Shown in pieces: positions 52,453 through 61,369 of a stretch of 64,000 nucleotides of DNA. Numbering within the stretch: the first letter of the stretch is position 1; each line of letters starts with the position of its first letter. The stretch is from an uncultured Candidatus Peribacteria bacterium (lineage in GTDB: Bacteria; Patescibacteriota; Gracilibacteria; Peribacterales; Peribacteraceae): assembly GCA_964641555.1 (NCBI GenBank), contig CAZXKA010000004.1, positions 30,886 through 94,885 on the forward strand. The letters are read 5' to 3'. The position numbers were made by a program, and so were the translations under genes. The notes under the pieces were generated by a model, which was not told where the DNA came from, did not search any database, and worked only from the letters and a program-made list of their open reading frames with translations.

Positions 52453-54768
52453 ATGACCCGCTTCCCGACCTTGCCCTTCGCGGTGCTGGACACCGAAACG
52501 ACGGGCTTCGTGCCGCGCGTGCATCACGTGGCCGAATTGGCGTGCGTGCGGTATGAGAACGGCGAACTCGCCGCGACGTACGAAAACCTCATCGCCATTC
52601 CCGATACGCTGCCGGAACACGTGCAGGTGCTCACGCGCATCAAGCCCGACATGCTCCAGGGAAAACCGAAGATCCTCGAGGCGGCCAAGCCGTTCCTCGA
52701 TACGCTCGGCGCCGACACGCTCCTCGTCGGCCAAAATTTGGGATACGACGTGGGAATGCTCAAAGGCGAGGGCATCGATCTGGCGGACCGACCGTGGATC
52801 GATACGTCGCTCCTCGCGGCACTCACGTTCCCGGAACTGAAAAGCTACTCGCTGCAGTACCTGAGCAACGCGCTCGATCTGCCGCACGAGCCCCAGCACC
52901 GCGCGCTCGGCGACGTGCACGCGACCACCGCGCTCCTCGGTGCCATTTGGGAACGACTGTGCGATCTGTCACCCGAGAAGATTGCCGAAGCGAAAGAGGT
53001 GATGAGCCGTTCGAGCGAAGGGTATCGACTGCTGTTCGACGCATTGCCGGAGAAGGGAGGCGATGGCGCCTGGCTGGAGAACGCCCGGCAGAAATCGATT
53101 ACGACGAGTGCCGCACCGGCCGCGTTGCCGCCGTCCGCACCGGGGAGCGTCGTACTGCTCGAAGAACCGCCGGATCCTGCGTTCGTTCCATCACTCATCG
53201 CGGGAGCGGCGCGGGACAACGCGCCCACCTGGATCGCCGTGAAGAATTTGGACTCGGCTCTCAAGCGCCATGAACTCCCCGCGGGCGTTTCGGTCCTCCA
53301 TCCGCCGTCGCAACTCCTGGACCCCGACGCGGCGGCGAGACTCCGGGAACAAGCGTCGTTCACGCCGGAAGAAGCAACGCTCGCACTGAAGCTCTCGTGG
53401 TTCCAACCCCGCATTCGCGCGGAGCTGGTGCTGCACGCGGGGGAGCGGGAAACGTGGAACGGCAAGCTGGCCGCCACCGCCGAACATCCTGCCTACGTCC
53501 TCCAGTGCTCGACCGAATCGTGCGTCCGCCTGCTCGACCACCGGCAACTCCTCACGTTCCTGCGCCAACCCGAAACCGAAGACCGCATGATGCCGCTCGG
53601 GGCGCGGGTGATCGTCGATGACGCGTCGATGCTCGAGGATACCGCAACGAAGGCGTTCGGGGCGACGCTCGCGCTCGACGATCTGCGCGCCGCGGCGCAG
53701 GGGCACGCGCTCCTCACGCAACTCGCGGACCGCGCGGCGCTGTGGGCGGAAACCGTGAAGGCGGGCATGGATCAACGGATGCTGACGCCGGCGGACTTCT
53801 CGCGTCGCGAGACGCAGGGGCTCGCCGCGCTGCTCGATGACGTGCTCCAGGACGACGACGCACCGTCGCGCGTGCGGTATCTCCTCTCCGAACTGCAAAC
53901 GTTTCTCCACCCGTCCGCGGATATCCCCATGCTCTCGTGGATCGAAACGCGCGCGCAGAGCGGCAGCGTGTCGCTCCACGCCGCGCCGGAGCGCATCGAT
54001 CTACTGCTGAAAAAAATTCTCTTCGAGCCCTACGCGACGATCCTATTGGTGCCGCCGGCATTGAAAGGCAATCTACCGGCCGTGATTCCGAGCGGCTACG
54101 CGACGACGCTGCATGAGGCCGACCGTTCGCTGAAGACGTTCCCCGTCTCGTTCCCTGACCAAACGCTCGAACAGTTCCTGCAGGATCCGCCGGCGGGAAA
54201 AACGATCGCGCTGGTCGGGAGTAAACGCCTCATCGAGCTGGCCTTCATCAACCATACGGAGCGGCTGGAAACCCAGAACGTCACGCTCATTTGCCAAGGC
54301 CTCTCGGGCGGGCAGGGGCGCATGGAGAGCGATTTTTTGGCGGCGGAGGGGACGACCGTCTGGCTGCTCACGCCGTGGATGTACGAGGGCATCGATCTGC
54401 CCGAGAAGACGGCGCACCACTTGGTGATCGACAGCGTGCCGTTCGACCATCCGGGCCAACCGGTCTTCAGCCGCCGCAAGGACACGTTCCCCAACGGCTT
54501 TGAGCAGTACGCGCTCGTGCGACTCCTGCACCGGCTCTTCCGATTGCTCCGGGCGTTCGCGCGCCATGCCGACGTGGGGTCGGACGTCCGCATTCTCGAC
54601 CAGCGCATGAAGGAAAAATCGTACGGCGAGCGCGTGCGGGCGTACCTGGGCGCATTCTCGACGGAAGCGACTCCGGCATTCACGACGAAGCCCGTGGGAG
54701 CCAAACAAGCCGTGCAAAAAGAGAAGAAGAAAAAAGACGAGGGACCACAACAGGCGCTGCCACTCTGA
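52453..54768 (+). CDS. DnaQ-type 3'-5' exonuclease fused to a DinG-like helicase-fold region with degenerate Walker A
   Basis: FAVLDTETTGF, HRALGDVHATTAL (exonuclease motifs). VIVDDASMLED in the DEAH position. C-terminal YEGIDLPEKTAHHLVIDSVPF. The expected GTGKS position reads PPDPAF. Confidence 0.88.
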   Translation: MTRFPTLPFAVLDTETTGFVPRVHHVAELACVRYENGELAATYENLIAIPDTLPEHVQVLTRIKPDMLQGKPKILEAAKPFLDTLGADTLLVGQNLGYDVGMLKGEGIDLADRPWIDTSLLAALTFPELKSYSLQYLSNALDLPHEPQHRALGDVHATTALLGAIWERLCDLSPEKIAEAKEVMSRSSEGYRLLFDALPEKGGDGAWLENARQKSITTSAAPAALPPSAPGSVVLLEEPPDPAFVPSLIAGAARDNAPTWIAVKNLDSALKRHELPAGVSVLHPPSQLLDPDAAARLREQASFTPEEATLALKLSWFQPRIRAELVLHAGERETWNGKLAATAEHPAYVLQCSTESCVRLLDHRQLLTFLRQPETEDRMMPLGARVIVDDASMLEDTATKAFGATLALDDLRAAAQGHALLTQLADRAALWAETVKAGMDQRMLTPADFSRRETQGLAALLDDVLQDDDAPSRVRYLLSELQTFLHPSADIPMLSWIETRAQSGSVSLHAAPERIDLLLKKILFEPYATILLVPPALKGNLPAVIPSGYATTLHEADRSLKTFPVSFPDQTLEQFLQDPPAGKTIALVGSKRLIELAFINHTERLETQNVTLICQGLSGGQGRMESDFLAAEGTTVWLLTPWMYEGIDLPEKTAHHLVIDSVPFDHPGQPVFSRRKDTFPNGFEQYALVRLLHRLFRLLRAFARHADVGSDVRILDQRMKEKSYGERVRAYLGAFSTEATPAFTTKPVGAKQAVQKEKKKKDEGPQQALPL

Positions 54769-55104
54769 TCACTCCGCAGGTGATGTGAGCGGAGGTCGAC
54801 ACAAAATCCCCTTATCTTCTCCGAGATCGTTACATCCAGGAGGCGGTTCGCACTGCGTGGCTTGACCGTCGCTGTATAGGATGTAGCGCGGCTCATCATC
54901 CTCGCACTGCACGGCGCACGCATGCGGCTCGTTCCAGCCAGCAAACGTGTAGTCGACGGGAATCGACTCTCCGACGCACTCCACCTCTGGCTCGCCCGGC
55001 GGAGGAGGAACGGGCACGCCCGCCGGGAACGCGGCCTGAACCGCCACCACGACGAACATCAGTGCGCAGACGGCGCCGACGAGACGGGGGGTGGTCAGTT
55101 CCAT
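54769..55104 (-). CDS. small secreted Cys-rich protein (111 aa)
   Basis: TM/signal LVGAVCALMFVVVAVQAAFP, a Pro-rich spacer and 6 Cys. GC3-rich. Confidence 0.6.
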   Translation of the reverse strand: MELTTPRLVGAVCALMFVVVAVQAAFPAGVPVPPPPGEPEVECVGESIPVDYTFAGWNEPHACAVQCEDDEPRYILYSDGQATQCEPPPGCNDLGEDKGILCRPPLTSPAE

Positions 55105-55130
55105 ACGCGATAGTTATAGCAGACGGAGGG

Positions 55131-56522
55131 TCAATCGGCACCTTTGCCGCTCGCGACAACCACGAGCGTCCGCCAGAGGATCCACAGATCCATCGTAAGC
55201 GACCATTCCTCGATGTACTGCAGATCGAGCGCCACTTCCTGATCGAACGTCAGATCCGACCGTCCCGACACCTGCGCCAAACCCGTCGCACCCGGTCGGA
55301 CGGCGAACACGCGCCGCTGGTAGCTCGTGTAGCGCTCGACTTCCTCGGGCAAGTGCGGGCGCGGTCCCACGAGCGACATGTGACCTAGAAGCACGTTGAA
55401 GAGTTGCGGCAGTTCGTCGATCGACCACATGCGGATGAAGGCGCCGACACGGGTGACGCGCGGATCGTGTTTCGCTTTGAAGAGCGGACCGTCCGTGCGG
55501 TGATTGAGCGCGGCAAGCTCGGCTTTGCGTTTGTCGGCGTCTTGCACCATCGAACGGAACTTCAGCACCGGCACCGGTTTTTCGCCCATCTCGCCAACGC
55601 GTCGGCTGACATAGAACACGGGAAAGCCGCTGTCGAGCACGATGACGATGGCGACGGCGAGCAAGAATGGGGAGAGGAGCACGATGAAGAAGACACTGAA
55701 GAAAAGATCGAACAATCGCTTGAAGACCCGCCCCCACCCGTCGAGCGGCGTCGGACGGAACTGCAGCGTGGGGAGTAATCCCATGCGCTCGATCACGAGC
55801 AAGTGCGGCACGTCGGCGAACACGGGAGGGAAGAATCCGTACCCCACGTGCCGGCTGCGACAGTACTCGATAAGCGTCAGCGTGGCGTCGCTGTCGGGAT
55901 CCGGATCCGTCTGCAGCACGAGATCGATGCGGTTCGGGTGCGCGCTGCGCAAGGCAGGAAGATCGGGTACGTGGCCCAAATAGCGGTAGCGGATATCGGA
56001 CTGCAGCGTCGACGTGGCGGGTTCGGACGGAGGATGTTTGCCATACGTCACGACGCTGCGCACGCCGATCCCCAGTTGCAGGAGTTCGCGCTGAAGGAGC
56101 GTAAGGAGGGCGCGTGCGACGCACGTGAGGAGCGCCAGGAACACGGTTGCGTAAATCAGAAGAAGGCGGGAATAAAACAGCTCTTTGCGGACCAGGAAGT
56201 ACCACGCCATGACGCCCACAAGCCACACGAGCGCGGCCAGAAGCAGCTTGCCCATTTCGATCCAGGCGCTGCGCGTCATTTGGAGGGCGTAGAGCCCGAG
56301 CACCATCGCGACAGCCACGAAGAAAATGATGCCGGGGAACACGAATCCGGCCAGATAGTCGCCGGCGGAGGGAAGCGTATCGGCGGCGGCCGGCACGTCG
56401 ATCCACGGCAACAAATTTACGCTGTTCAAACGCAATTGATACGCCAGGAGGAACGCCAGCGCGGCGCACGCGGCATCCAACGGAACGCGCGCGACGCCGA
56501 AGACGATCTCGGAACGTTTCAT
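55131..56522 (-). CDS. polyprenyl-phosphate glycosyl-1-phosphate transferase (WbaP/exopolysaccharide sugar transferase family)
   Basis: Four or five N-terminal TM helices, then the C-terminal catalytic domain RLFDLFFS...KFRSM...DELPQLFNVLLGHMSLVGPRP. Confidence 0.93.
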   Translation of the reverse strand: MKRSEIVFGVARVPLDAACAALAFLLAYQLRLNSVNLLPWIDVPAAADTLPSAGDYLAGFVFPGIIFFVAVAMVLGLYALQMTRSAWIEMGKLLLAALVWLVGVMAWYFLVRKELFYSRLLLIYATVFLALLTCVARALLTLLQRELLQLGIGVRSVVTYGKHPPSEPATSTLQSDIRYRYLGHVPDLPALRSAHPNRIDLVLQTDPDPDSDATLTLIEYCRSRHVGYGFFPPVFADVPHLLVIERMGLLPTLQFRPTPLDGWGRVFKRLFDLFFSVFFIVLLSPFLLAVAIVIVLDSGFPVFYVSRRVGEMGEKPVPVLKFRSMVQDADKRKAELAALNHRTDGPLFKAKHDPRVTRVGAFIRMWSIDELPQLFNVLLGHMSLVGPRPHLPEEVERYTSYQRRVFAVRPGATGLAQVSGRSDLTFDQEVALDLQYIEEWSLTMDLWILWRTLVVVASGKGAD

Positions 56523-56543
56523 AGACGAGCCATAGTATACGCC

Positions 56544-57821
56544 TTAGCGGGTCGCGTAGATCGTCAACTCTTCGCCGTCGGATCGAACGGCCCAGACGTT
56601 GCGAAAGGACGCATGGGATAGCGGTTCGCCATGGGCATACGCACGCCATACCGCACCATCGTGCGCACGCATGACGATCCATCCGCCCCATTCGACGAAC
56701 CCGCCCATATCGTTATGCGGATAGTCGAAACGGAACGGTTTTCCGTGGGGCCCGTCTCCCTCGACCAGGTAAAAATCCGACGATCCGGCGAACGATGCAC
56801 GCATGGCGAACTCTCCCCGCGCTTGGAAATGCAAAAACAATTCCGCGTTATCCGTTCGCTCGGGGAGGAGATTCGCGGGTGAACGCCCCTTGCGAAGCCC
56901 CACAACGGTCGTGTCATTCCGTCCTCGAATATAGGACAGATGCCAGACGACACCGTGGGGATCGACGGCTACGTACGCACCGGCGCCTTTGCCCGTGGCG
57001 TAGGCGCGTCCGTTGCGATACAAGGAGTACCCGCGCGCCGACTTCGTGAAGTAGTAAACGTTCCCACTCCCATCGACGGCGAAGTTGCGGGGATTATCGA
57101 CCGCCCGCGCACTCACGCGCCGGCCGTTGCGAACCATGCGAACGATGCCGCGGTGACGGACAGTATAGGCGATCGTATCGCCCGATCGACGAAGGAATTC
57201 GACGGATCCTTCGTGGCTGTACAGCACCGACCGTTCGTGCGCCTTCACGTCGTATCGCACGATGTCGCCGCCTTCGGGAAAGGTGAGAATCCCTCCTTCG
57301 TCGTGGACGCTGTCGACGCTAGCCGAAAAGGAGAACGCATCGAGCGAGACGGGCGCGGCATTCACGTACAAATCCGTGCCGTGGAGAGCATAGAGCAAAT
57401 CGCCGCTGCCGGTCATGCGGAACACGACGGGTACCTGAAGATCGTGAGTGTTTTCCGTGTCGCCGCGCGCCATGATGCGACCGTTGCGGTATACGGCGAA
57501 CGTGCGCTTGCTGGCCGACGCAAAGTAGAATCCGTAGTTCGCCCCGCTCGCGTCGACCGTCACGCCGCGAAGATCCGCAAGTTTTTCGGGAATCCGGAAG
57601 GCATCGATCACGCGACCCACGTCGACCCACGTTCGTCGCTCCTCCGACGGAAGGAAGCCGGCATCGTCGGATCCCGACTGCTCCACCACGACACCGGATC
57701 CGCCGCCATCGATGAGTTGTATGGCACCCGTCGCAGCCGCGGGAAGCACGTCGCCGCTCGACTGCGCATGGGCGGAGAAGGAGAGAGCAGAAAGCAGAAG
57801 CAGAAAGCAATGTGCGAACAT
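56544..57821 (-). CDS. secreted repeat protein, unknown function
   Basis: Signal MFAHCFLLLLSALSFSAHA. Recurring YRNGR/VRNGR-containing beta-strand repeats. Confidence 0.8.
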   Translation of the reverse strand: MFAHCFLLLLSALSFSAHAQSSGDVLPAAATGAIQLIDGGGSGVVVEQSGSDDAGFLPSEERRTWVDVGRVIDAFRIPEKLADLRGVTVDASGANYGFYFASASKRTFAVYRNGRIMARGDTENTHDLQVPVVFRMTGSGDLLYALHGTDLYVNAAPVSLDAFSFSASVDSVHDEGGILTFPEGGDIVRYDVKAHERSVLYSHEGSVEFLRRSGDTIAYTVRHRGIVRMVRNGRRVSARAVDNPRNFAVDGSGNVYYFTKSARGYSLYRNGRAYATGKGAGAYVAVDPHGVVWHLSYIRGRNDTTVVGLRKGRSPANLLPERTDNAELFLHFQARGEFAMRASFAGSSDFYLVEGDGPHGKPFRFDYPHNDMGGFVEWGGWIVMRAHDGAVWRAYAHGEPLSHASFRNVWAVRSDGEELTIYATR

Positions 57822-57873
57822 GCCTCCACTGTACCAGGATCTTCTGCTTCTCCATTCTCCTTCTGCTTCTGCT
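57776..57873. repeat. GCAGAA-repeat hairpin element, copy 4, spanning the start of the 56544-57821 gene
   Basis: Arms GAGAAGGAGAGAGCAGAAAGCAGAAGCAGAAAGC (57776-57809) and ATCTTCTGCTTCTCCATTCTCCTTCTGCTTCTGCT (57839-57873). The start codon (57819-57821) lies in the loop. Confidence 0.6.
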
Positions 57874-57898
57874 AAAAAACGCGCAGTGCGCGTTTTTT
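57874..57898 (-). terminator. intrinsic terminator downstream of rnpB (symmetrical A6/T6)
   Basis: AAAAAACGCGC-AGT-GCGCGTTTTTT. Confidence 0.7.
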
Positions 57899-57900
57899 AG

Positions 57901-58333
57901 TCCCTGCTCTTCTGTACGCCGGGTTCTGTCTAGGACGGAAACCGTCCCGAGATGACCATCTCTCTGCGGCCGCGATTGCTCGCAAGCCTGAGTCCCAAAA
58001 GGAACATGCGGAGGGGTACGCGGAGCGACGGAACCATCGCTTGGTCCGCGGACCCAATTCCTCCTTGCTTCACCATGAGTTTGCCAATCGCGGCGAAGTC
58101 CTTTCGAACGAAGCCGGATCCTCGGTTCCCGAGGCGTTTCACCCCCATTGGACTCTCCGGGGGAGAGATAGCGGGGTTCGTCTCTGTGGCACTGGTCCTC
58201 ACGCAACCTTACCGGATATGCGTTACGTGGACGGCCGTTAGCCGCATGGCGTTCCATTGAAGCCCGGACGTTCCTCTCTCGGCGTAGTCGGCCAAAGCCG
58301 ACGAAGCCGGAGCGGTCATCCAAAGAGCAGGAC
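57901..58333 (-). ncRNA. rnpB: RNase P RNA, bacterial type A
   Basis: The reverse strand contains GAGAGGAACGTCCGGGCTTC (P4 5' strand), CACAGAGACGAACC, GGGGGTGAAACGCC and ACAGAACCCGGCGTAC (P4 3' strand). P1 pairs CCTGCTCTT with AAGAGCAGG. No credible ORF. End positions are approximate. Confidence 0.85.
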
Positions 58334-58337
58334 CCTC

Positions 58338-58390
58338 ATTATCCCACGAAATGGCTTTTACTTCAATAAATTCCCATTTTTTTGTATACT
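58338..58390. promoter_or_regulatory. back-to-back promoters for rnpB (minus) and tRNA-Thr (plus)
   Basis: Minus strand has TTGAAG (58366-58361), 17 nt, then GATAAT (58343-58338). Plus strand has TTCAAT (58362-58367), 17 nt, then TATACT (58385-58390). The -35 boxes overlap. Confidence 0.5.
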
Positions 58391-58399
58391 AGAGACGTT

Positions 58400-58475
58400 G
58401 CCGCTGTAGCTCAGTCGGTAGAGCACCTCACTTGTAATGAGGTTGTCGCCAGTTCGATTCTGGCCAGCGGCTCCA
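58400..58475 (+). tRNA. tRNA-Thr(UGU)
   Basis: GCCGCTG-TA-GCTC-AGTCGGTA-GAGC-A-CCTCA-CTTGTAA-TGAGG-TTGTC-GCCAG-TTCGATT-CTGGC-CAGCGGC-T-CCA. Canonical cloverleaf with encoded CCA. Confidence 0.95.
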
Positions 58476-58552
58476 TACTTGCTACACTCCTCCACTCCCG
58501 TCCACGTCGGATAGGAGAGACGGTGGTCTTTTCCACCATAGGAGGAATGACA

Positions 58553-59206
58553 ATGAACGAACGATATATGAGTGCGTGGAGAGTGAAGGGAATTCTGAGC
58601 CAAATTGGCGTGCTCATCGAAAACGGTCACTTTGTGTACACATTAGGCGGGCATGCCTCAACGTACTTCAATAAGGACGCGCTCCTATCATGGCCGGAGA
58701 AGGCTTCTTTTCTCTGCGAAGTCATGGCGATGGAATGTCGTCAGCCGGCGGACGTCGTCATCGGACCAGCGGTCGCCGGTACCATTTTTGCGTTCGAGGT
58801 CGCTCGACACATGAGTTTTTTGCGGTCACACGAAGTACGCTTCGGGTACGCAGAGAAAGATGCACCGACAGGAAAGATGATGCTCAAGCGTGGCTATAAG
58901 GAACTTGTGCATGAAAAAACGGTTCTCGTCGTCGAAGACGTTCTGACAACGGGCGGCACTGCACGAGGCATAATCGATGCCGTTCGATCAGCCGGCGGCG
59001 CCATCGTCGGCGTCGCAGCAGTCTGCAACCGCGGCGGCGTGACGAAGAAGGATCTGAATATCGAAGACGCTGGAACCTTCTTCTCGCTCATCGACATGAA
59101 CCTTGACATGTGGGATGCAAAAGAATGCCCACTCTGTGCCACAAACGTGCCAATCGACACGCGATTCGGTCATGGTGCGGAATTTCTAGCCCACAAGAAA
59201 TCATAA
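58553..59206 (+). CDS. type I phosphoribosyltransferase (orotate PRTase-like)
   Basis: AGGAGG lies 7 nt upstream of ATG 58553. PRPP loop VLVVEDVLTTGGT. OPRT-like layout. C-terminal CPLC. Confidence 0.85.
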   Translation: MNERYMSAWRVKGILSQIGVLIENGHFVYTLGGHASTYFNKDALLSWPEKASFLCEVMAMECRQPADVVIGPAVAGTIFAFEVARHMSFLRSHEVRFGYAEKDAPTGKMMLKRGYKELVHEKTVLVVEDVLTTGGTARGIIDAVRSAGGAIVGVAAVCNRGGVTKKDLNIEDAGTFFSLIDMNLDMWDAKECPLCATNVPIDTRFGHGAEFLAHKKS

Positions 59207-59223
59207 ATGTTATTCCTCCGACC

Positions 59224-59252
59224 CGAGAGGCGCGCGTCGCCTCTCGTTTTTT
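59224..59252 (+). terminator. intrinsic terminator
   Basis: CGAGAGGCG (59224-59232) / CGCCTCTCG (59238-59246) + TTTTTT. Overlaps the kinase stop codon. Confidence 0.7.
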
Positions 59253-60768
59253 ACGATCCCTGCGTCACCGGCAGCGACACCGTGAACGTCGTGCCTTTGT
59301 TTTCCTCGCTCGTGAAGCTGATCGTTCCGCCCAGGCGATCGACGATCGATTTGCTGATATACAGTCCGAGACCGTTGCCGTCCGTATCCACCTTGCGGAC
59401 GTTCTGGGCGCGGAAGAATTTCTCGAAGATGCGATCTTGTTCCGCTACGGGAATGCCGAGGCCCGCATCCGTGACGGACAGCGTCGCATGATCGCCGTCA
59501 CGCTGCACCGAAATCGCCACTTCGGATCCCTTCGGTGAATACTTCAGCGCGTTGCCGAGCAAGTTCTGCATGACGACGCGCAAGAGCACGGGGTCCGTGA
59601 GCACCTGCACCTGTTCTTTCGGAAGATCGAGACGGTACCGGATGGACGAACCTTCGAAAACCTCCTGCGTATCGCGTACGGTATCCGTCACGAGAGACAC
59701 GAGATTGATCGCATGCAGTTCCGGGTGCAGACGCTCGTCTTCCATACGCGCGGCATGGAGCAGCGATCCGAGCAGCGCCGTCATGCGACGCACGGAGTGG
59801 TCGATTTCCGTCACGTACGACGCCTGTTCTTCGGAGAATCCTTCTTTCGATTCCGCAAGCAACTCGGCGTACCAGCGGATGGCGGAGAGCGGCGTGCGCA
59901 GCTGGTGACTGGCAAGCGTGATGAATTCGGATTTCAGATAATCGAGGTGCCGCTCCTCGGTAACGTCTTGGAAGACGACCAACGCGCCGAACACGCGTTC
60001 GCCGTCGGAGAGCGGAGCCACCGACAGGGCGATGGGGAGGATCTTTTTGTCGGGACGCTCGATCGACAGGCGGAGGGACGGCGTCGCATGGAAGAGCGTG
60101 CCGGTCCGCAAACACTGAAGCACGGGGTGCTCTCCCTCCAGCGGCAATCCGTGGTGTGCGCGCAACGCGAGAGCGTCGGCGATGTTCTTCCCATCCACGG
60201 CCGTGCCCAACAGTCGCGTCGATGCCGGATTGCTCTGCGTCACGACGCCGCGCTCGTCCACGGCAACAACGCCGTAGCCGATGCTTTCGAGGATCGCACG
60301 GTCGAGTTTGTACTGGTGCCGCAAGTCGGCCGTCCGCTTGGAGATTTCCTCTTCCTGATGGGCGTACACCACCGACAAGCGTTCCGCCATGTCGACGAAC
60401 GCGGCATCCACGACTTCCACTTCGTCACCCGTATGCACGGTCCGCGTCGCCTGCCATTTGCCCGGACGCAACGCCGCGACTTTATCGGTCAGCATACGCA
60501 GCGGCGTCGTGACCTGGCGCGCAAGCAGGAACGCGGTTGCCGCGGCGAATGCAATGAGCAACACGCCGACGATCGTGATGGAGTTCGCGAGCATCAAGAG
60601 GCCGGGTGCCAACGCCCGCTCGCCGTCCGCGACGGAAATGCCCGTCATGCGCACGACGTCCCGCAGCGCGACCTTCGACAAGGTATACGCCACCGTGCCG
60701 AGCACCAGAATGACGAACGTCGTCAGCAGGCATGCCTGAAGGACGAGTCGGTCGAGGATGGGCCGCAC
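59251..60768 (-). CDS. sensor histidine kinase (TM-HAMP-PAS-HisKA-HATPase)
   Basis: Two TM helices, HAMP, PAS, ITLASHQLRTPLSAIRWY (H-box), NLLGNALKYS, DTDGNGLGL (N and G boxes). GTG 60768 was chosen downstream of a TATAAT (60820-60815). ORF extends to 61053. Confidence 0.9.
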   Translation of the reverse strand: MRPILDRLVLQACLLTTFVILVLGTVAYTLSKVALRDVVRMTGISVADGERALAPGLLMLANSITIVGVLLIAFAAATAFLLARQVTTPLRMLTDKVAALRPGKWQATRTVHTGDEVEVVDAAFVDMAERLSVVYAHQEEEISKRTADLRHQYKLDRAILESIGYGVVAVDERGVVTQSNPASTRLLGTAVDGKNIADALALRAHHGLPLEGEHPVLQCLRTGTLFHATPSLRLSIERPDKKILPIALSVAPLSDGERVFGALVVFQDVTEERHLDYLKSEFITLASHQLRTPLSAIRWYAELLAESKEGFSEEQASYVTEIDHSVRRMTALLGSLLHAARMEDERLHPELHAINLVSLVTDTVRDTQEVFEGSSIRYRLDLPKEQVQVLTDPVLLRVVMQNLLGNALKYSPKGSEVAISVQRDGDHATLSVTDAGLGIPVAEQDRIFEKFFRAQNVRKVDTDGNGLGLYISKSIVDRLGGTISFTSEENKGTTFTVSLPVTQGS

Positions 60769-60821
60769 GACGCGGGCAGGCCGAGAATGGTCGGTTTGTG
60801 TGGGTATTCCTTGTATTATAG

Positions 60822-60852
60822 CAGAAAACGCCGCTTCCGTGGAGGGGCGTTT
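60822..60852 (-). terminator. hairpin after pilin gene A
   Basis: Minus strand AAACGCC-13 nt-GGCGTTT followed by TCTGC. Overlaps the pilin stop codon. Confidence 0.45.
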
Positions 60853-61295
60853 CAGCGCGTAATACTGATGGATTCCGCCTCTTCCGCGCCGGGCGCCGAG
60901 ACGGTAATCCGGCCGTTCTGATCCTGCACAATGAAGTAGTTCGTCCCCGTGCCCGCATCGGGCGCCCGCGGATCGAACGGGACGCTCACGAGGTACGCGC
61001 CCGTCAGGATGTCCAAATCGACGCCCGCGCAGGTGACCGCATTCGTCCGGCAAATTTCGCGCGCGGTACCCGTCGGGATTCCGGGCGGCAATCGATGCTC
61101 GTCCACGACGTACTGATACACGGCGTTGAGGATCGTGTTCACGTCGGACTGCCTCTTGGCATCGCGAGACGATCCCAGTTGCTTCGTCGGGCTGAGCGCG
61201 GCGATCGTCATGCCCGACAACACCGCGATGATGCCGATGACGAGCATCAGTTCTATCAGGGTGAATCCACGGCGCGTACGCAGCATGGCGATCAT
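60852..61295 (-). CDS. type IV pilin-like protein (paralogue A)
   Basis: Class III signal MIAMLRTRRG|FTLIELMLVIGIIAVL. KRQSDVNTILNAVYQY. C-terminus GTNYFIVQDQNGRITVSAPGAE. Confidence 0.9.
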   Translation of the reverse strand: MIAMLRTRRGFTLIELMLVIGIIAVLSGMTIAALSPTKQLGSSRDAKRQSDVNTILNAVYQYVVDEHRLPPGIPTGTAREICRTNAVTCAGVDLDILTGAYLVSVPFDPRAPDAGTGTNYFIVQDQNGRITVSAPGAEEAESISITR

Positions 61296-61316
61296 CGTAC
61301 CAAACACCCGCGCGTC

Positions 61317-61347
61317 ATAAAAGCACCCCCGGGGTGCGGGGGTGCTT
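61317..61347 (-). terminator. intrinsic terminator/attenuator between the two pilin genes
   Basis: AAGCACCCCC / GGGGGTGCTT, 10-bp stem, followed on the minus strand by TTAT. Confidence 0.6.
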
Positions 61348-61369
61348 GGGTTTCCGATGAAGGAACGAA

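Noticed and set aside
55114-56691. 525-aa minus ORF overlapping the sugar transferase gene in another frame. The same judgement applies to 547-1611, 5291-6862, 12587-14107, 17849-19744, 25327-26640, 41047-42378, 45151-46203, 51021-52313 and 59713-60921.
   Set aside because: All are Arg/Pro/Gly/His-rich, lack motifs, and overlap or oppose genes with strong family signatures (topA, recJ, uvrB, murA, secA, nusA and others).
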